A stretch of DNA of 60,480 nucleotides, from positions 8,954 through 69,433 of the forward strand of contig DAORUQ010000001.1 of NCBI GenBank assembly GCA_035433265.1, given 5' to 3'. This document shows, piece after piece, positions 1 through 10,958 of this stretch. Position numbers and translations under genes: made by a program. The stretch is from Pseudomonadales bacterium (GTDB lineage: Bacteria > Pseudomonadota > Gammaproteobacteria > Pseudomonadales > UBA5518). A model generated the notes under the pieces. It saw only the letters and a program-made list of their open reading frames with translations. It was not told the DNA's origin and did not search any database. Each line of letters opens with the position of its first letter. Position 1 is the stretch's first letter.

Positions 1-33
1 CCCGGCGCGCAACCGGCCGCGGCGGCCCCGCCC

Positions 34-792
34 TCACCCTGATACGAGCAGCGCGGCAAGGGACTCGAGCGTCGCGTCCACCTGCGCCATGCAGGCGGCG
101 GCCTCGCGCCGGATCTCGGCCAGCGTGATCGGCTCGGGCGACAGGCCGGCCGCGCGGTTCACCACCATCGCCAGCATGGCGTAAGACAGCCCGAGCTCGC
201 GCGCGAGCGCCGCCTCGGGCAGCGCCGTCATGCCGACGAGGTCGCAGCCGTCGCGCGCGAGGCGCGCGATCTCCGCCGCCGTTTCCAGCCGCGGCCCCTG
301 GGTGCAGCCGTAGACCGCCCGCGGATGCAGCGACACCCGCGCCGCGACCGCGGCGTCGCCCAGCAACGCGCGCATGCCCGCGTCGAAGGGCTCGGCGAAT
401 TCCACGTGATCCAGCGCCAGCAGCACGCCGTCGTGAAAGCTGCCCTCGCGGCCCCAGGTGTAATCGATGGCGTCGTGCGGCAGCCACAACGAACCGGGCG
501 CGGCCGCGGGCGCGATCCCGCCCACGGTGTTCAGCGCCACCACGTGTGTCGCGCCGAGATCCGCGAGCGCGCGCAGATTGGCGCGGTAGTTGATGCGGTG
601 CGGCGCGATCGCGTGCGGCTCGCCGTGACGCGCGAGGTACAGCGCGGGCACGCCGCAAAACGCGCCGGCATGCACCGGCGCCGACGGCTCGCCCCACGGC
701 GTGGCGTGCCGCACGGTCTGCGCGGTGGCGAAGCCCCGCAGTTGCTCCACCGCGCTGCCACCGATGATCGCGAGCCTCGTGCCGTTCTGCAT
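34..792 (-). CDS. mtnP: S-methyl-5'-thioadenosine / purine nucleoside phosphorylase family enzyme (MTAP-like)
   Basis: ORF 34..885 trimmed to the ATG at 792 (MQNGTRLAIIGGS...). PNP/MTAP-type segments are present: ARHGEPHAIAPHRINYRANL, TQGPRLETAAE, LVGMT. Confidence 0.8.
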   Translation of the reverse strand: MQNGTRLAIIGGSAVEQLRGFATAQTVRHATPWGEPSAPVHAGAFCGVPALYLARHGEPHAIAPHRINYRANLRALADLGATHVVALNTVGGIAPAAAPGSLWLPHDAIDYTWGREGSFHDGVLLALDHVEFAEPFDAGMRALLGDAAVAARVSLHPRAVYGCTQGPRLETAAEIARLARDGCDLVGMTALPEAALARELGLSYAMLAMVVNRAAGLSPEPITLAEIRREAAACMAQVDATLESLAALLVSG

Positions 793-929
793 TCTGCGTG
801 CAACTCCCGTGTCCGGATCCCGTGCGAATCGCGCGCGGCACCGTTTGATCCAGCGCAGCATTCGATGCTGGACAGAATAACCCAAAGTGGTATGTTGACC
901 GCGAACGATGAGTTCCCAGGGAGCCGGTC

Positions 930-1253
930 ATGGCCACGATCAGACCAGTCGTCGGTAATTGGTACCAGGAAACCGAGCAGGGCAGCATCTTCGAAGTCGT
1001 GGCGTACGACGAGGAAGAGCAGACGGTCGAGATCCAGCACCTCGACGGCGAGGTGGAGGAATACGAACTCGATACGTGGCGCGAAATGACGATCACCGGC
1101 ATCGAGCCGCCGGAGGACTGGCGCAGCGGTTTCGAACTCGCGCAGGAAGATGCCGAGCTCGCCGACGAACCCATGCACCCGGAGGACTGGTCCGGCGCGC
1201 TGAACCAGATCGAGCCCGACGGCATCGGCATCGAGGACGACTGGGTCGAGTGA
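930..1253 (+). CDS. small, strongly acidic hypothetical protein (107 aa, Trp/Glu/Asp rich)
   Basis: ATG at 930 preceded by GGGAG. The ORF sits cleanly between mtnP and lexA. I cannot name a family with confidence. Confidence 0.55.
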   Translation: MATIRPVVGNWYQETEQGSIFEVVAYDEEEQTVEIQHLDGEVEEYELDTWREMTITGIEPPEDWRSGFELAQEDAELADEPMHPEDWSGALNQIEPDGIGIEDDWVE

Positions 1254-1292
1254 TCGACGCCGTGCGGCGCCGGGCTTGTCCTGACGAGCAGG

Positions 1293-1308
1293 CTGTATAT
1301 ACTTACAG
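1293..1308 (+). promoter_or_regulatory. LexA (SOS) box CTGT-N8-ACAG
   Basis: CTGTATATACTTACAG lies 28 nt upstream of the lexA ATG. It matches the gammaproteobacterial consensus CTGT-N8-ACAG and fits lexA autoregulation. Confidence 0.85.
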
Positions 1309-1335
1309 CACACACGCTCGACCGAGGCGCAATCC

Positions 1336-1932
1336 ATGAGCAATCTGACCGAACGCCAGAGCCAGGTCCTCGACCTTATCCGGCACTACATCGAAGACAC
1401 CGGCTATCCGCCCACCCGCGCCGACATCGCGCGCGAGCTCGGCTTCCGTTCCGCCAATGCCGCCGAGGAGCACCTGCGCGCGCTAGCGCGCAAGGGTGCC
1501 ATCGAGATGACCGCGGGCGCTTCGCGCGGCATACGCCTGAGCGGCGAGAGCGGCATCCCCGTGGTGGGCCGCGTCGCGGCGGGCAGCCCGCTGCTGGCGG
1601 CGGAGCACATCGAGCAGCACGTGCAGGTTCCGGCGCGGCTGTTCTCGCCGGCGGCGGATTATTTCCTGCGCGTCAGCGGCATGAGCATGAAAGACGCGGG
1701 CATTCTCGATGGCGACCTGCTCGCGGTGCACCGTACCGTGGAGGCACGCGAGGGCCAGATCGTGGTGGCGCGCATCGACGACGAGGTCACGGTGAAGCGC
1801 CTGCACCGCACCCGCGACCGTCACGTGGTGGAACTGCTGCCCGAGAACCCCGACTTCTCACCCATCCGCGTCGACCTGCGCGAGCACGAGTTCACGCTCG
1901 AGGGCATCAGCGTCGGCGTGCTGCGCCTGTAA
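1336..1932 (+). CDS. lexA: LexA repressor
   Basis: 198 aa. N-terminal winged helix: [36 protein letters not shown]. Ala-Gly cleavage site: [11 protein letters not shown]24 peptidase Ser/Lys: GMSM ... VKRL. Confidence 0.95.
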   Translation: MSNLTERQSQVLDLIRHYIEDTGYPPTRADIARELGFRSANAAEEHLRALARKGAIEMTAGASRGIRLSGESGIPVVGRVAAGSPLLAAEHIEQHVQVPARLFSPAADYFLRVSGMSMKDAGILDGDLLAVHRTVEAREGQIVVARIDDEVTVKRLHRTRDRHVVELLPENPDFSPIRVDLREHEFTLEGISVGVLRL

Positions 1933-1933
1933 A

Positions 1934-1963
1934 CCGGCATTCCGTGTGGGTCGGCATTCCTAG
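1934..1963. repeat. degenerate REP-family fragment (two CGGCATTCC half units)
   Basis: ccggcattccgtgtgggtcggcattcctag, between the convergent stops of lexA and the 84-aa ORF. It shares GTGGGTCGGCATTC with the REP units listed below. Confidence 0.5.
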
Positions 1964-2214
1964 TGAAGGATCCGCTCGCCGTCCTCGCGCGCGCCGATGA
2001 ATTCGAGCTCGGCCTCGCCGCCGGCGAGATGCGCGGCCGTCTGGATACCGGCCTCGATCATTGCCCTGGCAATCTCCAGCCGCGCGTCCGAGAGGTATTC
2101 GCGCGAATCGGCGGAAAAATGGATGCGCACCAGCGGCTCGCCCTCGCCGCCGGGTCGGCGCAGCACGACTTCGCCGGAGGCGAGTTCGACGATTTCCAGA
2201 AGTGATGCCGCCAA
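1960..2214 (-). CDS. small conserved-looking hypothetical protein (84 aa)
   Basis: TTG start at 2214 preceded by GGAGG 8 nt upstream. No ATG alternative exists. Function unknown. Confidence 0.5.
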   Translation of the reverse strand: MAASLLEIVELASGEVVLRRPGGEGEPLVRIHFSADSREYLSDARLEIARAMIEAGIQTAAHLAGGEAELEFIGAREDGERILH

Positions 2215-2318
2215 ACGGGCGTCCTCCAGCAGGTGCCGGGTGGCGACAACCGCCAGCCCCGGATGAATTCTAGCCCGTCACGGCGCCGCGCGCCCGCAAG
2301 CGCGCAGTGCCGGGCGCA

Positions 2319-4952
2319 TCAGTCGTCCTTGCTCACCACCCACTTGCCGTCACGCTCGTAGGCACGCCAGCCCGTAGGCTTGCCGTCGACCTCGCTCATC
2401 ACGTACTGGCGGCGCATCTTGCGGCTGTAGCGGATCTGCACCGGATTGCCCGCGTCGTCGCGCACCGGCGCATCGAGCAGGAAGGCGTACTTCGGGTCGA
2501 GCTGCTCGCGCACCGACAGCAGTTCCTCGACCAGCGGCGCGCGCGTCTCGCGGTTCTTGGGAAAGCGGCTGGCGGCCAGGAACAGGCCCGAGGCGCCGTC
2601 GCGCAACACGTAGAAGTCCTCGACCTTCTGGCACTTCAGGTGCGGCATCGGCACCGGCGGCATCTTGGGCGGCGCGGGCTGCCCGTTGCGCAGCAGCTTG
2701 CGCGTATTGCCGCAGTCGCTCGCGGTGCAGCCGAAGTACTTGCCGAAGCGCCCGGTCTTCAGCTGCATGTCCGCGCCGCACTTGTCGCAGGGGATCAGCG
2801 GACCTTCATAGCCCTTGAGCTTGAAGCGGCCGGTCTCGATCTCGTAGCCCGGGCAGTCGGGGTTGTTGCCGCAGACGTGCAGCTTGCGCTGCGCATCGAC
2901 GAGGTAGCTGTCCATCGCGGTGCCGCAGATGCCGCAGCGATGACGCGTGCGCAGCACCCGCGATTCGGCCTCCTCGTCCTCGTCGGCCTCGTCGTGCACG
3001 ACCTCGTCGCCGTGCACCAGGTTGATGGTCTCCTTGCAGCGCTCCGCCGGTGGCAGCGAGTAGCCGGAGCAACCCAGGAACACGCCGGTGCTGCCGGTGC
3101 GGATCTGCATCGGCCGCCCGCACGCCGGGCAAGCGATGTCGGTGCCGACCGGCGTATTGCCGCGCATGCCGCCGTCGGCGGCCTTGGCGGCGTCGAGCCG
3201 CGTGGAGAAGTCGGCGTAGAAATCGTCCAGCACCTTGATCCAGTTGCGCTCGCCCGAGGCAACCTCGTCGAGAGACTCCTCCATGCTGGCGGTGAAGCCG
3301 TAGTCCATCAGGTTGGTGAACTTCTCGGCAAGGCGGTCGGTCACGATGTCGCCGAGTTTCTCGGCGTAGAAGCGCCGGCTCTCGACGCGCGCATAGCCGC
3401 GGTCCTGGATGGTGGAGATGATCGCGGCATAGGTCGAGGGCCGGCCGATGCCGCGCTTCTCGAGCTCGCGCACCAGCGTGGCCTCGGTAAAGCGCGGCGG
3501 CGCCTTGGTGAAGTGCTGGCTGGGCACGAGCTGTTGCAGTGTCAGCTCGGCACCCACCGCCACGTCGGGCAGTTCGACGTCCTCGTCCTTGCGTTGTCCC
3601 GCGGGCAGCACGCGCAGGAAGCCGTCGAATTTGAGGATGCGCCCGCGCGCGCGCAACTCGAAATCGCCCGCGGCCACCTCGAGCGAGGTGCTGAGGTATT
3701 CGGCCGCCGGCATCTGGCAGGCAATGAACTGGCGCCAGATCAGCTCGTATACCCGCACCGCGTCGCGCTCCACGCCCTCGAGCGCATCGGGCAGCAGCGT
3801 CACGTCCGAGGGACGGATCGCCTCATGCGCTTCCTGCGCGCCGGCCTTGCTGCTGTAGACGCCGGGTTTTTCCGGCACGTAGCGCTCGCCGTGCGTGGCG
3901 GCGATGTAGTCGCGGCAGGCCGCGACGGCCTCGGCGCTGAGGTTGGTCGAGTCGGTACGCATGTACGTGATGAAGCCGGCCTCGTAGAGGCGCTGGGCGA
4001 GCATCATGGTCTTCTTCACGCTGAACCCCAGGCGCGTGCTCACGGCCTGCTGCAGCGTGGAGGTGATGAACGGCGCCGAGGGGCGCGTGCGCGTGGGCTT
4101 GTCCTCGCGCGCCCTGACCACGAAGCGCGCCTTCTCCAGCGCGCGCACCGCGCGCTCGGCCTCCTCGCGGTTGCCGGGGCGGAAGTTCTGCTCGCCCTCG
4201 CGGCGCACCTCGAGACGCAATGCCTCCTTCGCGGCGGTCAGCGTATCGGCGTGCAGTTCCCAGAACTCCTCGGGGACGAAGGCGCGGATCTCGCGTTCGC
4301 GCTCGACCAGCAGCTTCACCGCCACCGACTGCACGCGTCCGGCCGACAGGCCGCGCGCGACCTTCTCCCACAGCAGCGGCGAGAGCATGTAGCCGACCAC
4401 GCGGTCGAGGAAGCGCCGCGCCTGCTGCGCGTTGACGCGGTCCATGTCGACCTGCGACGGGCGCTCGAAGGCTTCCTTGATGGCGCTGCGCGTGATCTCG
4501 TTGAACACGACGCGGCGGTACTTGGCCGGGTCGCCGCCGATGGCCTCGCGCAGGTGCCACGCGATGGCCTCCCCCTCTCGGTCGAGGTCGGTCGCGAGGT
4601 AGATTTCATCGGCCGTGCTGGCGGCCTTGCGCAGATCGGCGACCACCTTCTCCTTGCCCGGGAGGATCTCGTAACTGGCACGCCAGCCGTGCCCGGGGTC
4701 CACGCCCATGCGCTTGACCAGTTGCTCGCGCCCCTTCTTCTCGCGATGCTTCGCCTTCTCCTTTTCCGACATCTTGCGCGTCGCGGCGGCGCTGCGCGCC
4801 CGCTCCGAGGCATCGGTCATCTTTGCATTACCGCTGGTCGGCAGGTCACGGATATGGCCCACGCTCGACTTCACGATGAAGTCGCGGCCGAGATACTTGT
4901 TGATGGTCTTCGCCTTAGCCGGCGACTCCACGATGACCAGTGCCTTGCCCAT
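2319..4952 (-). CDS. topA: DNA topoisomerase I
   Basis: ORF trimmed to [22 protein letters not shown] (Toprim start). Contains multiple C-terminal CxxC zinc-ribbon repeats and the terminal KWVVSKDD-type tail. 877 aa. Confidence 0.95.
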   Translation of the reverse strand: MGKALVIVESPAKAKTINKYLGRDFIVKSSVGHIRDLPTSGNAKMTDASERARSAAATRKMSEKEKAKHREKKGREQLVKRMGVDPGHGWRASYEILPGKEKVVADLRKAASTADEIYLATDLDREGEAIAWHLREAIGGDPAKYRRVVFNEITRSAIKEAFERPSQVDMDRVNAQQARRFLDRVVGYMLSPLLWEKVARGLSAGRVQSVAVKLLVEREREIRAFVPEEFWELHADTLTAAKEALRLEVRREGEQNFRPGNREEAERAVRALEKARFVVRAREDKPTRTRPSAPFITSTLQQAVSTRLGFSVKKTMMLAQRLYEAGFITYMRTDSTNLSAEAVAACRDYIAATHGERYVPEKPGVYSSKAGAQEAHEAIRPSDVTLLPDALEGVERDAVRVYELIWRQFIACQMPAAEYLSTSLEVAAGDFELRARGRILKFDGFLRVLPAGQRKDEDVELPDVAVGAELTLQQLVPSQHFTKAPPRFTEATLVRELEKRGIGRPSTYAAIISTIQDRGYARVESRRFYAEKLGDIVTDRLAEKFTNLMDYGFTASMEESLDEVASGERNWIKVLDDFYADFSTRLDAAKAADGGMRGNTPVGTDIACPACGRPMQIRTGSTGVFLGCSGYSLPPAERCKETINLVHGDEVVHDEADEDEEAESRVLRTRHRCGICGTAMDSYLVDAQRKLHVCGNNPDCPGYEIETGRFKLKGYEGPLIPCDKCGADMQLKTGRFGKYFGCTASDCGNTRKLLRNGQPAPPKMPPVPMPHLKCQKVEDFYVLRDGASGLFLAASRFPKNRETRAPLVEELLSVREQLDPKYAFLLDAPVRDDAGNPVQIRYSRKMRRQYVMSEVDGKPTGWRAYERDGKWVVSKDD

Positions 4953-5031
4953 GATGCTGTCGGTTTTCCAGGGTAAATAGAGAAGGGAGGAAAAAAAGAG
5001 GCGCCATATATACGGGCTGCCCCCTACAGGG

Positions 5032-5538
5032 TCAAGTGCGGATGTCCCTTGCGCCGCGTGCCGCTTCCTCCTGCGCGGCACGGGCGATCACCGCCTCGCG
5101 CAGCCCGAGCAGGGCATCGCGGATGCGCTCGACATCGTCGTCGCGCCCCTTCTCGTTCCACTGCGCCGCCAGCCCCTCCCCGACGCTGCGCAGCCCCGAG
5201 ACGCCCGCGGGCACGGCCGCGCAGACCTCGCCCAGGCTAGCGGCGGGAGCGGCCAGGAACTCCGCATCCTCCCAGGATCCGTCAGTGGCACGGCGAAGCA
5301 GCAGGCGCAACCCGCGCACCTGGGGCAGATCGTCCAGGCGCCACGGCAGCACGTAGTCCACGACGGATTCGCGGCTGCGCCCGGCCTCGACGCGCACCCG
5401 CAGGCCGGCGGCCACTGCGCGCGCGCGCAGGCGCGCGAGCTGGGCCTGGCGCGGCGAAGGACGCATCGCGAGCACGGGGCCGAGCACGAACAGCGCCGCG
5501 ACCCCGATCACGATCAGAAATGGCGTCATCATCGGCAT
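5032..5538 (-). CDS. hypothetical membrane-anchored protein (one N-terminal TM helix)
   Basis: ATG at 5538 preceded by AGGAGA. The [24 protein letters not shown] hydrophobic segment is followed by an Arg-rich soluble domain. Confidence 0.55.
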   Translation of the reverse strand: MPMMTPFLIVIGVAALFVLGPVLAMRPSPRQAQLARLRARAVAAGLRVRVEAGRSRESVVDYVLPWRLDDLPQVRGLRLLLRRATDGSWEDAEFLAAPAASLGEVCAAVPAGVSGLRSVGEGLAAQWNEKGRDDDVERIRDALLGLREAVIARAAQEEAARGARDIRT

Positions 5539-5642
5539 GCGTCTCCTGCGCGCCGCGGGCGCGGCAATTGCGGCGCCGGCAAATTTTGAGCTATGGTAGC
5601 CCAAGGCATTCCGGCAGGGTCAACATCAAGGAAACACCGCTG

Positions 5643-6086
5643 ATGAGCGCATACCGTCACATTCTCCTCGGCCTTGACCTGAGCGTCGAATCGCACCAGG
5701 TGGTGGATCGCGCCGCGGCATTGCGCAATGCCTTCGGCTCCGAGCTCAGCGTGATCCACGTGATCGAGCCGCTCAGCTTCGCCTACGGCGGCGACATCCC
5801 GATGGACTTCTCCGGCATCCAGGAGGAAATCCACAAGCAGGCGCGCACGCACATGACGCAGCTCTGCGACCCGCTGAACATCCCGGAGAAGAACCGCCAT
5901 CTCGTGGTGGGCCGTCCCGAGACCGAGATCCACCACGTGGCCGAGGAGATCGGCGCCGACCTCGTCGTCGTGGGCAGCCACGGCCGCCACGGCCTCTCGC
6001 TGCTGATGGGCTCCACCGCGAACGGCGTGCTGCACGGCGCGAAGTGCGACGTGCTCGCCGTGCGGGTGAAATCGCAGGAAAAATGA
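5643..6086 (+). CDS. uspA: universal stress protein (UspA family)
   Basis: MSAYRHILLGLDLS ... ADLVVVGSHGRHGLSLLMGSTANGVLHGAKCDVLAV. This is the typical USP ATP-binding motif G-2x-G-9x-G(S/T). Confidence 0.85.
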   Translation: MSAYRHILLGLDLSVESHQVVDRAAALRNAFGSELSVIHVIEPLSFAYGGDIPMDFSGIQEEIHKQARTHMTQLCDPLNIPEKNRHLVVGRPETEIHHVAEEIGADLVVVGSHGRHGLSLLMGSTANGVLHGAKCDVLAVRVKSQEK

Positions 6087-6149
6087 GGCAGCGGCGCTGC
6101 CTCGCAGCGCGATCGTCCCCTCCCCTGGTCCGCGGCACCGGCCTGCAGC

Positions 6150-8093
6150 ATGCGTTTCCTGATCCTGTCGGTCGCACTGTTGCTGGCACCGGCGGGCGCG
6201 TTCGCCGGCAACGGCACGGACCTGCTCGCCGCGCAGCGCCAGCACTACCGCGCCGCCAAAGCCGCGCTCGAGCGCGGTGACCCGCAGCCCCTCCTGCGCG
6301 CGCGCACCGAGCTCGCCGACTACCCGCTCTACCCCTACCTCGAGCTCGCGCAACTGCGCCGACGCCTGCCCGCGATGCCGCAAGCCGAGGTGGAGCATTT
6401 CCTGGAGCGCCACGGCAACGGCCTGCCCGCGGCGCGGCTGCGCGCGGCATGGTTGCCGTTGCTCGCCTCGCACGAGCGCTGGCCGGAATTCCTGCGTCAC
6501 TACGTCGAGGATCCGGCGAACACCGAACGGCGCTGCGATCACGCCTGGGCGCTGCTGCAGACCGGCGCGAGCGTCGAGGCCGACCGCAGGACAGCGCAGA
6601 TCTGGGCAACACCGCGCTCGCTGCCAAGGGCATGCGACCGGCTGTTCCAGGCCTGGTACGCGCGTGGCAATCCCGCGCCGGCGCTGGCGTGGCAGCGTTT
6701 CGACGCCGCGATGGCCGCCGGGCAGACCGGACTGGCGCGCTACGTCATGCGCTTCCTCGACGCGCCGGCGCGCGCCGACGCCGAACTGTTCCTGCGCGTC
6801 GCCGAGACGCCCGCGCTGGTGCAACAGCCGGCACGCTTCGCCGGCGCCAACCCGCGCCACGCCGGGATCGTCGCCTTCGGGCTGTCACGTCTCGCCGCGC
6901 GCGACGCGCACGCCGCGCGCGAGGCGTTCGAGCAGTACGCACGTGCCGGACAGATCGATCCGGCCGCGCTCGGCAACGCCGCGCCGCGCATCGCCAGCGC
7001 GCTCGCCGCGGTCTCGCCACGCACGGCGATGCACTGGATCATGGGGCTCGATGCGCGCATGCGCAGCGATGCCCTCGGCGAGGACGCGGTGCGCCATGCG
7101 CTGCGCGGCGAGGGCTGGGACGACGTGCTGGCAACGCTGGACCTGCTGCCGGCGCCGCTGGCCGCCACCGAACGCTGGCAGTACTGGGCGGCGCGCAGCC
7201 GCGACGGCGCCGGCGCGCAGGCCGCGTGGACGCAACTCGGCGCCGTGCGCAGCTACTACGGATTTCTCGCCGCCGATCGCAGCGGCCGCCCCTACGCGAT
7301 GCAGCACCAGCCGCTGCCCGTCTCCGACGCGCAGCTGCGCGCCGTGGAGCGCGATCCGGGCATCCGGCGCGCGCGCGAATTCCAGTCGATCGGCGATACC
7401 CTCGAGTCGCGGCGCGAATGGCTGCACACCATCGGTGCCATGAACCCGTCCGAACGCCTCGCCGCCGCGGCCGTCGCCCACCGCTGGGGCTGGCACCAGC
7501 TCGCGATCAGCACGCTGATCGCGGCCGGGGAATGGAATGCGCTGGAGATGCGCTTCCCCACGGTCTACGCGCAGGACTTCGAGCGCGCGGCGCGCCAGCA
7601 GCGCGTCGGGCAGGACTGGCTCTACGCGATCGCGCGCCAGGAGAGTGCCCTCAACGCCACGGTCCGCTCCCCGGCCGGGGCGCTCGGCCTGATGCAGGTG
7701 ATGCCGGCAACGGCCGAGCTAACCGCGCGCAAGGCCGGCATCCCGTACCGCGGCAGCGCGGACCTGCTCGATCCCGCCACCAACGTGGTGATCGGCAGCC
7801 GCTACATGCGCATGATGCTCGATGAGTTCCAGCACAACCGCATCCTCGCGGCCGCCGCGTACAACGCCGGCCCCGGGCGCGTGAAGCAATGGCTGCGGCG
7901 TCTCCCGGCGACGGTCGAGCACGACCGTTTCGTCGAGGCCATCCCGTTTCGCGAGACGCGCCAGTACGTGCAGAACGTGCTGAGCTTCGCGGTCATCTAC
8001 GCCTATCTCGACGGCCGCCAGGTACCCGTGGTCCAGCCCGCCGAACAACTCATCCGCAATCCCTGGCCGCTGCAGGCCGCGAACGCGCGCTGA
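6150..8093 (+). CDS. slt: soluble lytic murein transglycosylase (Slt70-like)
   Basis: Signal peptide MRFLILSVALLLAPAGAFA, a long superhelical N-terminal domain, and the C-terminal SLT motif AIARQESALN ... GLMQVMPATA ... AYNAGPGRV. Confidence 0.9.
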   Translation: MRFLILSVALLLAPAGAFAGNGTDLLAAQRQHYRAAKAALERGDPQPLLRARTELADYPLYPYLELAQLRRRLPAMPQAEVEHFLERHGNGLPAARLRAAWLPLLASHERWPEFLRHYVEDPANTERRCDHAWALLQTGASVEADRRTAQIWATPRSLPRACDRLFQAWYARGNPAPALAWQRFDAAMAAGQTGLARYVMRFLDAPARADAELFLRVAETPALVQQPARFAGANPRHAGIVAFGLSRLAARDAHAAREAFEQYARAGQIDPAALGNAAPRIASALAAVSPRTAMHWIMGLDARMRSDALGEDAVRHALRGEGWDDVLATLDLLPAPLAATERWQYWAARSRDGAGAQAAWTQLGAVRSYYGFLAADRSGRPYAMQHQPLPVSDAQLRAVERDPGIRRAREFQSIGDTLESRREWLHTIGAMNPSERLAAAAVAHRWGWHQLAISTLIAAGEWNALEMRFPTVYAQDFERAARQQRVGQDWLYAIARQESALNATVRSPAGALGLMQVMPATAELTARKAGIPYRGSADLLDPATNVVIGSRYMRMMLDEFQHNRILAAAAYNAGPGRVKQWLRRLPATVEHDRFVEAIPFRETRQYVQNVLSFAVIYAYLDGRQVPVVQPAEQLIRNPWPLQAANAR

Positions 8094-8163
8094 CGCCCTT
8101 GTCGGGCGCAACCCGCGGTGCAATCATGCATTCGCGCCATACCCAACCAGAGAAGAACGCGTC

Positions 8164-9399
8164 ATGCCGGATCAGCCGATCCTGCTCGCCAGGCAACCGA
8201 TCTACGATGCCTCGCTGAACGTCGTGGCATTCGAGCTCCTGTATCGCGCGATATCGCCGGATTCAGCGGAGATGCGCAATGGCGACGAGGCCTCCTCGCG
8301 CGTGCTGCTGAGCGCCTTTGGCGGCACCGGCATCATGGACATCACCGACGGCAAGCCGGCCTACATCAATTTCACCAAGCACCTGATCATCAACCCGCCG
8401 CCGGTGGATCCGCAGCACCTGGTGATCGAGGTGCTCGAGGACGTCCTCGTCACCCCGGAGCTGCTGGACAGCGTGCGCCGGCTGCGCGCGCAGGGTTACC
8501 GCATCGCGCTGGACGACTTCCAGCACCACCCGTCGCTCGAGCCGCTGGTGGAACTGGCCGACATCGTGAAGCTCGACGTGCTCGAGCTCGGCGAGGTGAA
8601 GCTGCGCGCCGAGGTGCGCCAGCTGCGCAACTACCCCGTGCGCCTGCTCGCCGAGAAGATCGAGTCCTGGGAGATGTACAACCAGTGCGTCGATCTGGGC
8701 TTCAGCTTTTTCCAGGGCTTTTTCCTCGCGCGACCGCAGCTGCTGCACGGGCGCCGCAGCGCGCCGGCGCGCCCGGCGATCGCCGCACTGATGGCGCAGC
8801 TCGCCGATCCGGACATCGGCATCCCCGAGCTGACGACCACCGTGTCGGCCGATCCGGTGCTCAGCTTCAACCTGATCCGGCTGGTCAACTCGCCGATGTA
8901 CCGGCGCGCGCAGCCGATCGAATCGGTGCGCGAGGCGATCTTTGCCCTGGGCGTGGAGCGCGTGCGCGGCTGGTGCTACCTGGTGGCGCTCGCCGGGATC
9001 GGCGGCAAGCCCTCGGAGCTCACCCGCATCGCGATGCGCCGGGCCCGATTCTGCGAGCTGCTCGGCGATATCGCGACCGGCGCCGTTCCCGGTCGCTGCT
9101 TCACCGCAGGGATCCTGTCCACGCTCGATGCGTTCATGGACGCGGAACTCGGCGAACTGCTGGCGAGCCTGGCGCTCAGCGGCGAAATGCACGCTGCGCT
9201 GCTCGCGCGCGAGGGCTGCATGGGCGTCGTGCTGGATACGGCGCTCGCCTTCGAGACCGGGTCATGGGAGCGGGTGCCGTGGAGCATCCTCGCCGCGCAC
9301 GGCATCGACCAGCTCGCCGCCGAGCGCGCCTACCTGGACAGCCTGCACTGGGTCAGTGAAACGCTCGGCGCCATCGACGCAGGCAGCGTATTCAGCTGA
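8164..9399 (+). CDS. EAL + HDOD domain signalling protein (c-di-GMP phosphodiesterase-like)
   Basis: EAL-domain landmarks: FELLYR, INFT, EVLED, ALDDF, KLD, AEKIE, FFQGFF. These are followed by an HDOD-like C-terminal half. Confidence 0.8.
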   Translation: MPDQPILLARQPIYDASLNVVAFELLYRAISPDSAEMRNGDEASSRVLLSAFGGTGIMDITDGKPAYINFTKHLIINPPPVDPQHLVIEVLEDVLVTPELLDSVRRLRAQGYRIALDDFQHHPSLEPLVELADIVKLDVLELGEVKLRAEVRQLRNYPVRLLAEKIESWEMYNQCVDLGFSFFQGFFLARPQLLHGRRSAPARPAIAALMAQLADPDIGIPELTTTVSADPVLSFNLIRLVNSPMYRRAQPIESVREAIFALGVERVRGWCYLVALAGIGGKPSELTRIAMRRARFCELLGDIATGAVPGRCFTAGILSTLDAFMDAELGELLASLALSGEMHAALLAREGCMGVVLDTALAFETGSWERVPWSILAAHGIDQLAAERAYLDSLHWVSETLGAIDAGSVFS

Positions 9400-9658
9400 G
9401 CGCCGCCAGCAGGCCGCGCACCGCGGCCTCGTCGAAGGGCCAGCCGATTTCCTCGCCGAGCAGCGCCGCATTGGCCAGCACCGGGATGCGCGTGCCGTAG
9501 CGTTCCATCAGCGCATCGCTGTCGGCGATGTCGACCAGGCGCAGGCGCACGCCGGCCGCCGCCACCAGCGGCAGCGCGATCGCCTCGGCCAGCTCGCACA
9601 GGTGACAGCCCGCGGTGTGGTAGAGCACGAGCTCGCGCCCGCCGCGCTCAGAGGTCAT
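9392..9658 (-). CDS. glutaredoxin-like small thiol-disulfide protein (CxxC)
   Basis: LVLYHTAGCHLCELA CxxC motif. ATG at 9658, with an alternative GTG at 9664. The start overlaps the amtB 3' end and the 3' end overlaps the EAL-HDOD stop by 8 nt. Confidence 0.7.
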   Translation of the reverse strand: MTSERGGRELVLYHTAGCHLCELAEAIALPLVAAAGVRLRLVDIADSDALMERYGTRIPVLANAALLGEEIGWPFDEAAVRGLLAALS

Positions 9659-10958
9659 AGCCACGCTCGTTGTGCAGCACGACGTCCAGCCCCTCGGTCT
9701 CCTCCTCGGCGCTGACGCGCAGACCCACCAGCGCGCCGGCGACGCGCAGCAGCAGCCAGGTCATCAGCGCCGTGTACAGGCCGACCGCGGCAACGCCGCA
9801 GGCCTGGATCAGCAGTTGCGCACCGATCCCGCGCCCCGCGGCCAGCCCCTGGCCGCTGAAGAACCCGAGCTCGCTGCTCGCGAAGATCCCCGCGGCCAGC
9901 GTGCCGAGAATGCCCCCGACCCCGTGCACCGGGAACACGTCGAGCGAGTCGTCGATCTTCAGCACGCGCTTGAGCCACTGCGTGGCGAAGAAGCACACCG
10001 TGCCCGCCGTGGTACCTATCACCAGCGCCGCCGCGGGGCCCACGAAGCCCGAGGCCGGCGTGATGGTGCCCAGACCCGCGACCAGCCCGGTCACGGCGCC
10101 GAGGGCGCTGGGCTTGCCGAACCTGACCCACTCGATGCCGAGCCAGGTCAGCGCGCCGGCCGCCGCCGAGAGGTGCGTGACCAGCATCGCCATGCCCGCA
10201 TCGCCGTTGGCCGCCAGCGCGCTGCCCGCGTTGAAGCCGAACCAGCCGACCCAGAGCATGCCGGCGCCGGTGACCGTCATCGTCATGTTGTGCGGCGGCA
10301 TGGCGGTCACGCCGAAGCCGTTGCGGTTGCCGATCACCAGCGCCGCGACCAGCGCCGCGACGCCCGCGGTGATGTGCACCACGGTGCCCCCGGCGAAATC
10401 GAGCAGCCCCATCTGCTGCAGCCAGCCGCCGCCCCACACCCAGTGCGCCACCGGGGCGTACACCAGCAGCAGCCACAGCGCCGAGAAGATCATCACGGCC
10501 GAAAAGCGCGTGCGCTCGGCGAAGCCGCCGACGATCAGCGCCGGCGTGATGATCGCGAAGGTCATCTGGAACATCAGGAACACGGGCTCGGGCAGGGTGC
10601 CGCTCTGCGAGCTCTCGGCGACGCCGCCGAGGAAGGCCCGGTCGAAGCCGCCGAACCAGGCGTTGGCCGTGCCGAAGGCGATGCTGTAACCCAGCGCGTA
10701 CCACAGCACCGAGACCAGGCAGGCGATCGAGAAGCACTGCATCAGCACCGTCAGCACGTTCTTGCTGCGCACCAGGCCGCCGTAGAACAGCGCCAGCCCG
10801 GGCAGTGTCATGAACAGCACCAGCGCCGTGGAGGTGAGTATCCACGCCGTGTTGGCGCCGTCCGGCCCGCCGTCCTGCGCCAGCACCGGCGCCGCTCCCG
10901 CGGCGAGCAGCAGTGCGGCCGCGCCGCGCATCCCTCGTGCAATCCCGTCGACTCTCAT
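9648..10958 (-). CDS. amtB: ammonium transporter
   Basis: The 670-aa track ORF is trimmed to the ATG at 10958: MRVDGIARGMRGAAALLLAAGAAPVLA (signal) followed by DGANTAWILTSTALVLFMTLPGLALFYGG and FAGGTVVHITAG. These are Amt/MEP signatures. Confidence 0.9.
   Translation of the reverse strand: MRVDGIARGMRGAAALLLAAGAAPVLAQDGGPDGANTAWILTSTALVLFMTLPGLALFYGGLVRSKNVLTVLMQCFSIACLVSVLWYALGYSIAFGTANAWFGGFDRAFLGGVAESSQSGTLPEPVFLMFQMTFAIITPALIVGGFAERTRFSAVMIFSALWLLLVYAPVAHWVWGGGWLQQMGLLDFAGGTVVHITAGVAALVAALVIGNRNGFGVTAMPPHNMTMTVTGAGMLWVGWFGFNAGSALAANGDAGMAMLVTHLSAAAGALTWLGIEWVRFGKPSALGAVTGLVAGLGTITPASGFVGPAAALVIGTTAGTVCFFATQWLKRVLKIDDSLDVFPVHGVGGILGTLAAGIFASSELGFFSGQGLAAGRGIGAQLLIQACGVAAVGLYTALMTWLLLRVAGALVGLRVSAEEETEGLDVVLHNERGYDL

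Noticed and set aside
2307-4976. 889-aa plus-strand ORF
   Set aside because: It lies antisense to topA across its whole length. The translation is Ala/Arg/Leu-rich and has no motifs. This is a GC-content artefact.
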